A stretch of 63,924 nt of DNA, counting the filler, from Chiloscyllium plagiosum (lineage: Eukaryota): assembly GCF_004010195.1 (NCBI RefSeq). It is 3 parts of one record of this genome, joined end to end, with 100 filler letters (N's around TTAATTAATTAA, not from the genome) between each part and the next. Parts side by side here need not be neighbours in the genome. Positions count along the whole stretch, not along the records: positions 25,960 to 56,486 come from NC_057714.1; positions 56,587 to 63,924 come from NC_057714.1; 1 more part is not named here. One strand, given 5' to 3'. The translations under genes and the position numbers were made by a program. Numbering within the stretch: position 1 is the first letter of the stretch; each line of letters opens with the position of its first letter. Under the pieces are notes generated by a model, which worked only from the letters and a program-made list of their open reading frames with translations, ran no database searches and had not been told where the DNA came from. Shown piece after piece: positions 50,353 to 62,469 of this stretch.

Positions 50353-50527
50353 CTACATTCATAATATGTTATGAATATTTAAGGTGTATAAAGTCTAGAA
50401 ATCTGGAAATATTCTTGTGGAAAAATGCACAATATATGACATGTAGATGTTTAAAAAGACACTGCATGGTTCTATCACTAAACAGAAATGTGCATGATTG
50501 TCCATATCACAGTTGAAAACCATCTGA

Positions 50528-51260
50528 TGACATAGAACATATAACAGTACAGCACAGGAGCAGACTCTTCGGCCCACGATGTTGTGCTGAGCATGACGCC
50601 AAATTAAACTAGCATCCAAGGAGCAACGAAATCGACATTTTGGGCAAAAGCCCTTATGAAGTCGATTTTGCTGTTCCTTGGATGCTGCCTGAACTGCGGT
50701 GCTCTTCCAGCACCACTAATCCAGAATCTGGTTTCCAGCATTTGCAGTCATTGTTTTTACCTCGCCAAATTAAACTAATCTCTTCTACTTGCCCTTTGTC
50801 CACATCCCTCCATTCTTTGTATACTCATGTGCTTATGTAAAAGTTCCTTAAAACACCGCTGTGGTATCTGCCTCCAGTACCATCCCTGGTAGTGCGTTCC
50901 AGATGCCTACCACTCTGTTTAAAAAAAGACTTGCCCGTCACATCTCCTTAAAACTTAACCCCTTTCACCTTAAATGCATGCCCCCTAATATTAGACATTT
51001 CAGCTCGAGGAAAAAGATCTGACCATCAATGTAATCTGTGCATCTCAAAAGTTTATAGACTCCTATCATGTCCCCGCCACTCCAGTGGAAAAAGTCCAAG
51101 TTTTTCCTAGACTCTCCTTTATATCTCATATCCTCGAATTCGGACAGCATCCTGGTAAACCTTTTCTGCATCATTTCCAAAGCCGCCTCATCCTTACTGT
51201 AATATGGCGACAAAAATTGAATGTGTGGCCTATCTAAAGTCTTATAAAGACATCTGACTC
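50528..51260 (-). mobile_element. CR1 3' fragment carrying an inverted hammerhead mini-element (50612-50762, 15-bp TSD)
   Basis: ALEMMQKRFTRML; TSD cgccaaattaaacta at 50597 and 50763. Confidence 0.8.
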
Positions 51261-51552
51261 TTGTCTGCCATATTGGCTGTAACCACCGAAGTAGCTCTTG
51301 GTTTATTCGCCTGTGCTTACTGAACTTAATGACAGTTCTTTAAAAAGAGTAAAAGTTCATTTGTTCACTTAGAAAAATGTAAACCTAAACAATCTTTTTA
51401 ATGGTTTATCATTGAATTTACTATCAGCAAAGTAAATTTAATTATATAGCAACTATATACATTAGGCATGTAACTTACCATCTGATTCATAAGCAGCGTA
51501 ATTGTATATTTTACAAAATTTGATTTGTTACTTTAAACATTTTGATTTGCAG

Positions 51553-51772
51553 GCAGTAACTGGTCACGAAGAGTGCGTGGAAGCTTTACTTCAACACAAT
51601 GCTAACTTTTTAATTCGGGACTGCAAGGGCCGCACGTCCCTGCACTTGGCAGCTGCTTGCGGGCATGTAGGAGTACTTGGGGCATTGCTTCAAGCTGCAT
51701 CCTCAATGGATATTGTTCCTACAGTTTCAGACAATCACGGTTACACACCTCTGCACTGGGCTTGTTATAATG
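51553..51772 (+). CDS. ANKRD28: ANKRD28 internal exon (220 nt)
   Basis: ttgcag|GCA..AAT G|gtaaat; AVTGHEECVEALLQHNANFLIRDCKGRTSLHLAAACGHVGVLGALLQAASSMDIVPTVSDNHGYTPLHWACYNG. Confidence 0.97.
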
Positions 51773-51954
51773 GTAAATAAGGCAGTTCTACAATTAATTT
51801 CTTTATAGGAAATATATCCTTTTTGCGGCTTGCCCTTCTTTTTATTTGGAAATTACATTTTATGGAAGCTTTGTTTCTTTATATAAAATATACATTGTTA
51901 GTTTTTCTCTGCCACCTTATTTTCATCCATTATTTTCTAATAGTATCTGCACAA

Positions 51955-53400
51955 TTATGATCATGGCTGATCCTTCAACTCAGTAGCCTATTCCCACATT
52001 TCCCCCATATCCTTTCATCACTTTAGCCCCAGATGCTATATCAAACAACTACTTAAAACCACAAAATGTGCTTGAGTGCTTTCAGTGGTAGCAAATTCCA
52101 CAGGCTCATCATTGTCTGGATGAAGCCATGTTTCCTCATTTCAGTTATAAATGGTTTACCCTATATCCTTAGAATTTGACCTCTGGTTCTGGACTCCCCT
52201 GCCATTGGGAACATCCTTCCTGCATCTCCCTATCTAGTCCTGTTAGTATTTTATGGCTATCTATGAAATCGCCCTTCATTCTTCTGAACTATAGTGAATA
52301 TAATCTTAACCAATTCAACCTCTCCTCATACATAAATCTCGCCATCCCAGGAATCGGTCTGGTAAACCTTTGCTACACTCACTCTGCAGAAAGAATGTCC
52401 CTTCTCAGATAGGGAAACCAAAATTGCACACAGTATTCCAGGTGTGGTTTCACCAATGGCCTGTGTAATTCCAGCAAATCACCCCGAAACATTCACTCAA
52501 ATCCTCTCAGCATGAAGACAAATATGCCAGTTGTCTCCTTTACCACCTATGCACTTGAATGCTTACTCTCAACTACTGGTCTATAAGGACACCCAGACCT
52601 CATTGCAGAATTCTCCTCCATGATGTTTACAAACATTTTCCTCTCATTTTAAATATCTACACAAAATGGAGTAGTGCTCTCTTGTTAAAGGGATAGTACT
52701 TGAGTAATTGTATTTTCTAGGTGCTATCATGTGCACTTTTATAAACAAAAATGGCATATTAGAAATGGTTCAATGTCACATTTTCCACAAAGAGACACAA
52801 AAAATTGTTTAAACTTCTTAGTAAACCTATGTAGTCAAGAAGCTGTTACTTAAAAATTACAATTAAAACGGTCATTGAAATTTATCAAGAAACTAAATTG
52901 AGCATTATCAGTTTAAATGAGCATTTTCATGAGTGGTTCATTTCCCCACTGGAAAGTCCACATCACAAACAAAACCTTATCCAACCAACAAGCCATAGGA
53001 ATAAGAGTAGGCCATTTGGGCCTTGAAGTCTGCTCTGTCATTCAATGAGATTGTAGCTGATCTGATAATCCTCAGCTACAGTTTCCTGCCTTTTGTCCAT
53101 AATTATTGATTCCTGTACTTATTAAAACTCTGCCTGTCCAGCCTCGATAGAGCTCACTGGTTTAAAAAAAAATCCACTCATTGTCTCTCCTTCGAGAGAA
53201 AAGTTCCTCTTCCATTCTGTCTTAAATAAGCATCTCCTTATTCTGACATTATGCCCTCGATCCTGGACTCTCTGTCTACTCTGTCAAATCCCCTCATAAT
53301 CTTAAATGGTTGAATAAGATGTTCTTCTAAACTTCAATGAGTACAAGCCTGAACTACTCCGCCTTTCCTCACAAGAAAATCCCCCCATGTCCGAAATTAA
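51955..53400 (-). mobile_element. Two old CR1 3' fragments (~51955-52610 and ~52990-53400)
   Basis: atcatggctgat / ccataggaataagagtaggccatt CR1 3' ends; ctctggttctggactccc motif. Confidence 0.7.
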
Positions 53401-54138
53401 TGTTCTTTGATCATTTATCATCCACATCAGCCATCAAATCATACCTCTATGTCTTAGAAAAATGAAATTTCTCCAAATAATTTTTATACAGGCACTTAGC
53501 TGTGTATCAAGAGATGCAGACTTGAGCATCTCATCTGCCTTTAGTTCACTAAATCCTCCACTAAATATTTGAACAACATTTAAATATCACTGAACCTAAT
53601 TCTCTATTGTAAATCTAATCACTGTTCCAGGATCTTTATGGAGAACAATGATAATCTCAGATTCCTTTACTACCTGCCTCCTTTGGACTTCATGAAATCA
53701 CATATAACAGATTTTGATTTTTCATTATAGAAGAAGTTTCCTCCTCCTCACAGAAGTTCGTTCTGCCCCAGCAAGGAGTTTAAATGATTATTTTAATGTT
53801 GGTGCTTAAAATTGATCTCTTGATTATCACTATATCTATAAAACCCAGTTAATTTTAATATTTTGTGGATATTTTGTCATTTCTTAAAAACTGTTATATC
53901 CCTTTGCACAATATTTTATTCCTCATCCTGCAGGAAATACACACAAAATAGTTGAACAACACATTTTCCCTCTTTTATTTGGCCATTGGATTCGCGAACA
54001 TAAAACTAAAAATGGACTTGTAATTGCAATGTCTTGTGCCTAATACTTCCTTGAGAGACTACGACTGGAGTATTTCCATAAATTGAAACATGTGTAAAAG
54101 TACAAGGTGGTATAAAGAGCTTTCTTGTCTTTTGTCAG

Positions 54139-54226
54139 GTCACGATACCTGTGTAGAACTTCTGCTGGAACAGGAGGTTTTTCAAAAACTGGATGGTAAC
54201 TCTTTTAATCCATTGCATTGTGCTGT
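54139..54226 (+). CDS. ANKRD28: ANKRD28 internal exon (88 nt)
   Basis: tgtcag|GT CAC..GCT GT|gtaagt; [30 protein letters not shown]. Confidence 0.96.
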
Positions 54227-54321
54227 GTAAGTTTTTTTATAATCACTATAATCTGAATTATTAGTAAGTGTCCAAATAAATGTATGTTTCATCTAGTACT
54301 GTTTTTTTTCTCTCCTTTCAG

Positions 54322-54405
54322 AATAAATGACAATGAAGGTTCAGCAGAAATGTTAATAGATGTTCTAGGTGCTAGTATTGTAAACTCTACAGATGGAAAA
54401 GGAAG
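54322..54405 (+). CDS. ANKRD28: ANKRD28 internal exon (84 nt)
   Basis: tttcag|A ATA AAT..GGA AG|gtaat; INDNEGSAEMLIDVLGASIVNSTDGKGR. Confidence 0.96.
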
Positions 54406-55555
54406 GTAATGAAATTTGTTTTCATATTTAATCCCTGTATACCCCATTGAAAACAGAGTGAATCTTGGTGACTATTAAGTGTAACCAACCAATCTTCACT
54501 TTGATTCTCAAAGTTCTTGCACACAAAGATTCAGCAGAAAGAAGACAATGTTAGTGTTCTAAGGGGGTATGAAATGGTTGAAGAGGCTATGCCAATCCAA
54601 ATTAGTGACATAATTCAATATCGTATGTAAAACTGTCTTTTACTTTGGTGTAAGAGTTATTGGTCAAGATTTTGAGGAGAACGTATTTAGAATGAATTAG
54701 TTTTTAAACCCAAACAGCCAAGCTTAACTTTAACCAATTTAAAAAATAATACATGCATGCAGCTCTCAAACAGCAAAGCAATTCCAATAACACTTTTTAT
54801 AGTGGCCGTGAACAGTTCTATATTTCTTTCTGCAGCTAAACTTTTTAATGTCAGAATTTCATATCATAAATTTTTACAGATTCATAATTACGAATTTTGC
54901 CTTTATTCAGTTGGCAGCACTCTGATGCGTCAAAAGATTATATGCTTTAGCTCTGTACTGGAACTTGAGCAAATAAATTGACACTTCAAAGGAATATTGG
55001 ATTGAACGAGTATTGTGTTTTAGGTATAGCACAGAAAGAGACCATTCATTCCATTGGGCATTTGCTGGCTTTTCGAAAACGTAGTGGTGCTTTGGCCTGT
55101 TTTCCATTTTTAATTGAAGTTCCTCATTCTCAAGAACCTATCCGATCCCTTTTTAAAATTATTCATGGAATCATGATTACCAATTTTTAAGATGGACTGT
55201 TCCAGATGGAAACAACTGAGTGGAAAACAATCTTCATCTCTCTTGGTTTTTGCAAAATTGTTTTAAATCTATGACTTGTGGTTAATGATGTACTCACCGG
55301 AGGGAATAGTTTTCTCCTAAAATATACCAATCCTCTAAATATTCAGGTGTGTAAGAATTTAGAACTGTTTCCCTTAAAGCAGAGATTCCTTATCCTTGAT
55401 TACAACATGATAATCCTTCTGTATACCCTTTCTAATGCCTTTACATCTTCTGAAATGTAATGCTCAGAATTGTCCATGGTACTCCAATTGAAGCCTAACT
55501 AATAATTCATAAGTTTTAGAATGATCTCTTTATTTTCATGATCTATTCTTCAGTC

Positions 55556-55712
55556 TACCAGACCATAAGACATAGGAGTAGAAGTAAGGCCATTCGGCCC
55601 ATCGAGTCCACTCCGCCATTCAATCATGGCTGATGGGCATTTCAACTCCACTTACCCGCATTCTCCCCGTAGCCCTTAATTCCTTGTGACATCAAGAATT
55701 TATCAATCTATA
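55556..55712 (-). mobile_element. Young, heavily 5'-truncated CR1 3' end
   Basis: accagaccataagacataggagtagaagtaaggccattcggccc; CpGs retained. Confidence 0.75.
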
Positions 55713-56231
55713 TAACTGATGTGAATACTACAAAAATAACAATGTGCAGAATAAACTCATCTGTATTCATTGAACATATACACGGATACGTATCATAAAT
55801 TTAAAATGCACATTGTGCCCACAATGTTGGTTTAATGAAATAAACCTTTGATATAATGTGTACTATGATGATACCTTGAACCAAACATATGTAATTTGGG
55901 CACAGTACAAGTTAAAAATGAGCCATGGGTATAACAGCACGAGTGCATGTGTAAACTACTTTTTAAAATATATTCGTTCATGTGATGTGAATGTCACTGT
56001 ATAGAGCAGCATTTGTTGTCCAACCCTGAATTCCCTCGAGGAAATGTTGGTGAGCTGCCTCTTGAACTGCTGCAGTGCTTGATGAGTAGGGGCAGCCACT
56101 GTGCTGTTAGGAATGGAAATCTGGGACTTTGATCCATTGATACAGAAGGAATGCCGATATATTTCTAAATCAGGAGAGTGTATGGCTTGGAGGGAAATTT
56201 GCAGATGGTTGAGTTCCCATGCTTTCTATGA

Positions 56232-56486
56232 TTACTTATAGTGTGGAAACAGGCCCTTCGGCCCAACAAGTCCACACCGACCCGCTGAAGCGCACTTACC
56301 CAGACCCATTCCCCTACATTTACCCCTGCACCTAACTACGGGCAATTTAACATGGCCAATTCGCCTGACCCGTATATCTTTGGACTGTGGGAGGAAACCA
56401 GAGCACCCGGAGAAAACCCATGCAGACATGGGGAGAATGTGCAAACTCCACACAGTCAGTCGCCTGAGGCGGGAATTGAACTCTGG
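56232..56486 (-). mobile_element. HE1-type V-SINE truncated by linker gap
   Basis: V-domain and tail matching the other HE1 copies. Confidence 0.9.
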
Positions 56487-56586
56487 NNNNNNNNNNNNNN
56501 NNNNNNNNNNNNNNNNNNNNNNNNNNNNNNTTAATTAATTAANNNNNNNNNNNNNNNNNNNNNNNNNNNNNNNNNNNNNNNNNNNN
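56487..56586. other. Artificial scaffold linker N44-TTAATTAATTAA-N44
   Basis: Identical 100-nt layout to 25860-25959. Confidence 0.95.
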
Positions 56587-57085
56587 TGAATCTTGAAAGG
56601 GTTCAGAAAAGATTTACAAGGATGTTGCCAGGGTTGGAGGATCTGAGCTACAGGGAGAGGCTGAACAGGCTGGGGCTGTTTTCCCTGGAGCGTCGGAGGC
56701 TGAGGGGTGACCTTATAGAGGTTGACAAAGTTATGAGGGGCATGGATAGGATAAATAGACAAAGTCTTTTCTCTAAGGTCAGGGAGTCTAGAACGAGAGG
56801 GCATAGGTTTAGGGTGAGAGAGGAAAGATATGAAAGAGACCTAAGGAGCAACGTTTTCAAGCAGAGGGTGGTATGTGTATGGAATGAGCTGCCAGAGGAT
56901 GTGGTAGAGGCTGGTACAATTGCAACATTTAAAAGGCATTTGGATGGGTACATGAATAGGAAGGGTTTGGAGGGATGTGGGCTGGGTGCTGGCAGGTGGG
57001 ACTAGATTGGGTTGGGATATCTGGTCGGCATGGACAGGTTGGACCAAAGGGTCTGTTTCCATGCTGTACATTTCTATGATATGAT
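56587..57085 (+). mobile_element. Young CR1 3' end
   Basis: Open 127-aa ORF MLPGLEDLSYRERLNRLGLFSLERRRLRGDLIE... Confidence 0.9.
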
Positions 57086-57294
57086 ATGCTTTGGTATTGG
57101 AGCATAGAACTAAAATCAAACAACCATGATGCCAGTGCCAGGGCTGAAATACTATGGTGTAAATGAGGAAGTCACTCGACAGTGTCACATCAGCAATACA
57201 AATCACTTCAAAGCATTTTCTGCAAGCTACTACTATCAGCTCCCAAACATCTCCAAAACATGTGACTCCATTTAGCGGTATGTGTATCTGATAT

Positions 57295-57515
57295 AAGGTC
57301 AGTTCTGCTGTAACACGGTACTTCCGTTCTCGAGAAATTCCATGTTGTAAGAAAATCGCATAACAGCAGCACCACTTAAACTGATGGGGTCGGAATTGCT
57401 TTATAACCGATACACACTTTAAAACTTCACTCTTTCAAAACAACATCTTCAATTCATCAATTATGTTCTAGCAAATTCGCCTTAATGAAATACGTGTTAT
57501 AGTAGAATGACCTGT
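57295..57515. mobile_element. Tc1/mariner-type MITE
   Basis: Imperfect TIRs aggtcagttctgctgtaacacg / cgtgttatagtagaatgacct(g), TA-flanked. Confidence 0.7.
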
Positions 57516-57539
57516 ATAACCAAGGGCAACAGATGTACA

Positions 57540-58760
57540 TCAAAGTTGTGCTGTCGGGAGCATTCCTCCTCGTAAAGAAAACAGCGGATGCTACGACAAT
57601 GTGAAATTGTCCAACGCAGAACAGCAGCTTGGCATGTTCTGGAAGTCATCAACTCAGAAGAGACATTGTATCTAACAGACAAGCACCTTGTTCAAATCAA
57701 ACAATCTACCCAACAAGATATAACTTCCCAAGTGCTGCAAAAAGTAATGTGAGCAGATGCCCCTGCACCTGAAACAATCACGGCCACATCTGCTTTAAGA
57801 GCATTTTGGGCAGACAGATAATTGATAGGCCAGGATGGCATATTGTGAAAATAGAGTCATTATCTCCAAGGAGTCAGGAGAATAGTTTTTTAAAGTGTAT
57901 TTCTGCAAGAAATCGAGTCAAATTTGAGGAAAGCAAGAGATGTGCTTTACAGGCCAAGCATGAGCAACAAAATGAAGGAGCACCTCAGCTAGTGCAGTGC
58001 TTATAATGAGTACCAAGTTAAGCAAGGTAGAGAACCGCTGATGAAATGACTTTCCAGACAGACCATGGATAAATCTGGGGGAAAAAAAATCCTCCACTGG
58101 TACAGGAGGTATTCATTTTGTAACCATAGATTACTATTCTGACCATTGGAAAGCAAACCAGCTGACTTCAACAGCTACCACTAAGATTTTTGAATGCCTA
58201 ACTGCACACTTCAGATTTACAACACTCCTAAAATTCTGATGAACGTCAATGGTCCTCGGCTCATGCGTGAAGTGGAAAAACTAGGCAGCAACGAACATTG
58301 CTTAAAAAAACAGGTAACTGAGCAATCCTTGAATGGCGAAACACATCCACTGAAGGCATGGAGAGTGCAAAGACTGTTACACTGCACCCAAATTATTCTT
58401 CCAATAGCACAAGAACTATTCAAGTCACAAGTAACAGGTGTGTGACGAAAGGCTGACAGTCATTTTGTTTTTGACAAGGCTGCCAAACTGCTGTCCGAAT
58501 TGAGCATTGAAGAGCCAGTCAGGGTACAAACCTTCAATATTTTCAACAAAGTCAGCCCAAGTGGCAACTTGAGACCTGTGTAGAATAGTTATCATTTTGT
58601 AGGTGATGGAAGTGAAAGACATACATACAAAGCTAAAGAAACTGTTCCTCAATTGCATGTGGCTGATCAGGAAAATGTGAACGCACAGACTGCGGATCGA
58701 ACATCAAACTCGGACGGCAACAGCAATTTAACAATAGAAATGGAATAATAGTATCATGTC
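57540..58760 (+). pseudogene. Decayed coding-like region, probably a hAT-family transposase remnant
   Basis: HPLKAWR..ILPIAQELFKSQVTGV and, after a frameshift, ERL resemble the hAT dimerization motif (PL.WW..LA..L..P.TS..ER.FS); multiple stops. Confidence 0.4.
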
Positions 58761-60689
58761 AACAACAAATGATTCAGGAATAACATTCCCTGGGAAAGCA
58801 ATATCACACGTATGAATTGCCAACAACAACTTATTACATCAAGAGACCAGATGATTTTACCCTATGTACAATGCTTATGGAGGAATTGATGAAAATAATG
58901 AACTGCTAATACTTGAGAACAGTTATATATACATTGGGTAATTTGAGTAACTCAGTGTACAGGATAATACGTGCAAATTGTTTTTTTAAATGAAAAGGGG
59001 GATATTTAGGAGAGAAATACAACTTGTATCAATGTGCCACTTTGCTTGCTGCAGTCATGCGTGCTTCATATGGAGGTAGCAATCTTAAAAACACTTCAGT
59101 AAAGATGCCGAGATGACCAGAGTGCTTCCTTGTGAACAAGGAGCATTGTTTGAATGTAATTATAGCTGTCATTGCATCAGGCAATATGTGAAAGGACTAA
59201 CACCAACAATCTCAGTAAAAATAGAGTTGTGTCTGTAAAATTGATTTGGAAACTGAAAGCCATTGATTGCTTAGTTCTAGGCTTCTAATATCCATGCAAC
59301 TAAAGCATCAAATTCACTCACTGAGGAGCTGTTGTTATTGTTAACCTTTCAAATCTTTTATTAATGGTCCACTCACCCTTCTCAATTTCCTTTTGTATGC
59401 TTTCTATTTTTTCTTCCTCATGTAAAGATGGTTACTTTATAAATGTTGAAAATCCTCCAACACATCACTTCCGCATCTAATCTCTGTCCCAATCCTGTCT
59501 TCAGGTTCACATCCACAAACAAGCACTTGCCCACAGGGTTTGGAAGTTTGCTCATCTGCTCTTCTCTTCTCCATTCCCCACAATTTCCCCAGGCTTTTGA
59601 GACTTTACCATCTAGTTATGGTGTTGACACATGTCTTAATTCCTTATTGAAATAAAAATTGCAGCAGATAGATTTGAATTGCTCTCAATAGTACAGTATT
59701 ATTAGATGTTATGGATTCAGATGTGTTTTTTCCCCATCACTGTATATGTTACAGTTGTATGGGACATATGCACTCCTGGCTAATGTTCCTTCTAAACTGC
59801 ATAACAATTGGGAAAGTGCTGCATGAGGAATAAACAAGAGCACAGCAAAGTGCCATTTAACTGCACACATGTAACTATGTGTCAACCTTTAAGAGGCTGT
59901 ATAGTGCAACAAGTTGGCTACGTACAGCAAATACAATAAGAACGAACATTGCTTCTGGCTTATGTGTACAAAGGGTATTAATGTACCAGCCATATTGTAC
60001 CATTTTACAATAAAGAAAATTTGCATTAATACAGAACAGCTCAATTTTGAGCAGAATATGAAACCAGGCTGCGCTTCCTCTAAAATTAGTTTTTACAGAA
60101 ATGGATAGAGTTATTATGTTCGTACTATCTTATCAAATCTTTAATTTAGATGGAGTGAAATATGTAATGCTTTATATTTCATACTTTTCAACAAGTTCAT
60201 AACAATATCTGGCCTTGTGTAATTTGAAATTTTAGCATCTGTTAATGTCTAATACAAGAATACAATACAGGAATATAAATTGTCTCTTGGTGTTATGATG
60301 TAAAATTTGTTTTCAGTGTGTCTGATCTTGAGTGACAGTCTAGACTAGAATCTTCAGATAAGAATTGAGCTGCAGCTGAGATGTTTGTCTGGTTTCTAAT
60401 GTACTTACCAGTGCTGTTCAGTTAGTGTGATCACACATACTTAACTACTTCACAAGAAGCTTCTTGTTAGCACACTCAGAGTTTGATGCACCAAATTATG
60501 AAAAACTGCATTGACTATCAGTGTTGCAATATGTGTCTCCATACTCTTACCAGAGATGACTGGTGATGATTTAACCTGAGGGCCACCACACCTCAGGTGA
60601 GGGGAGAGGTTGAGAAGGAGAGTCCTTCATGGTAAGCTGGTGATAGGAATTGAACCCATCCTGTTGGCATCACCAGTGCTTCGCAATCT

Positions 60690-61017
60690 GTGGGAGGCGA
60701 TAGCCTGGTAGTATTGTCACTGGACTGTTAATCCAGAAACCCAGATAATGTTCTGGAGACTTGGGTTCAAATCCCACCATGGCAGATTGTGGAATTTGAC
60801 TGCTAATATCTGGAATTGAGCAGCTATTGATGCCCATGAATCCATTGTTGGAAAAACCCATCTGGATCATGAATGTTCTTTAGGGAATGAAACTGCTATC
60901 CTTACCTGGTCTCGCCTACAAATGACTCCAGACCTAAAGTAATGTGGTTGACTCTTAACTGCCCTAGGGATGCCTAGCCAATGACGCCCTCATCTTGTGA
61001 ATGAATTTTAAAAAAAC
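60690..61017 (+). mobile_element. tRNA-derived SINE with L2/CR1-like tail (DeuSINE/SacSINE1-like)
   Basis: gggttcaaatccc B box; tail gacgccctcatcttgtgaatgaat plus A-run; family name is inference. Confidence 0.6.
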
Positions 61018-61137
61018 CATCCAGTCAACTGAGCTAAACCGACCTCCGGTGTTGTAACATATCATTACTTGTAACAATGTATTGCATTGTTAATAATTTC
61101 AATGTTTTTCAAGTTATCTTATAAACTATTAATTTCA

Positions 61138-61617
61138 ACCAGCACCAACCAACCCCACTGCCCCGTGAATGGCCCCTCCCACTCTGCCAAGTTCATGCAA
61201 GTCCTGCGCCTCCTCATCTCCACTCCCTACCCACCCGACACCTGGAGAAAGAATGTTTCATCTTCCGCCTTGGGACCCTTCAACCCCATGGCATCAATGT
61301 AAATTTCGCCAGTTTCCTCATTCCCCTCCTCCCACCTTATCCCAGATCCAAATTTCCAACTTGGCACCGTCCTCATGACCTGTTGTACATGTCCACCTTC
61401 CTTCCCACCTATCCGCTCCACCCTCCTCTCTGACCCATCACCATTATCCCCACCTCCAGCTACCTATCGCACTCTCAGCTACCTTCCCCTCAGCCCCACC
61501 CCTGCCCATTTATCTCTCTACCCCCTTAGCTCCCATCCTCATTCCTGATGAAGGGCTTTCGCCCAAAAAGTCGATTCTCCTGCTCCTTGGATGCTGCCTG
61601 ACCTGCTGTGCTTTTCT
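61138..61617 (+). mobile_element. Penelope-like 3' end with hammerhead motif
   Basis: Same family as 25960 and 33795; cattc-CTGATGA-aGGGC-tttc-GCCC-aaaaagtc (GAAA mutated). Confidence 0.78.
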
Positions 61618-61758
61618 TGACTTTATTGATTTCGACAGATAATGCAAAAGGTTCAAGCAAAGCAGGAAAGGGGTGATATACAAACAAGATGCAACACTGA
61701 TACTTAAGGAGATTTACAACAGAGAAAAGGAAGGAATGGTTGGCAGTCCTCAGAATGG

Positions 61759-61935
61759 CAGTAGTGAGGACGCAGATGCTGGAGAGTCAGAGTAGATAGT
61801 GGTGCTGGATAAAGCATGGCAGGTCAGACAGCATATCAGGAGTAAGAGTCTTGACGTTTTGGTTCAGGAGAGGAAGGGCCCTGCCTGAAACATTGACTCT
61901 CCTGCTCCTCAGATGCTGCCTGATCTGCTGTTCCT
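61759..61935. mobile_element. Inverted-dimer hammerhead mini-element with 14-bp TSD
   Basis: TSD agtcctcagaatgg at 61745 and 61936; minus copy followed by plus copy. Confidence 0.7.
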
Positions 61936-62469
61936 AGTCCTCAGAATGGAAAAGTCATCTGGTACGGATCGTTCACTTGAAGCCAGGCTGCTCCTGATTG
62001 TGAATGAACTCACTTCCCACCCCCCTTCATTCCTCCTTTCACATTTAAAATCCCAATCACCATCCCACCCCAACTCTAGTCTGCACCCCTCAGTGAATAA
62101 CTTGTTCACTTTCCTCCCCAAAGTAGTGGAGGTTGTGTCCTCCCTTCAGCCCATCTTGCCCTTCCTTTCTGTGGAAGGAATGACCATGGCCCATGCCCTC
62201 AAGTGACCTAAGTGAACAGCCTCTGATTGATGTCTTTTCACCTTTCTGACCTCCTTAGCACTACCCACCAAACTGGCTACTGTGGAAATATAGCACAAAA
62301 TGTGACCCACTCCCTGGACTGCAGAGGCACACAATCCTGACCGAGATCATCTGACGAACCTGACCGTGGCCAATACCCTGGATTGGTCTCGGAAGCTGCC
62401 CTTGACTTCCTGTGCTGGGTCCACCTGACTGATAGTCCCTCTACAAACTTCACTGAGGATCACTCCACT

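Noticed and set aside
43515..54405. Assignment to the paralogues ANKRD44 or ANKRD52
   Set aside because: The ETPLDV-LMETSGTDML linker and proximity to HACL1 point to ANKRD28
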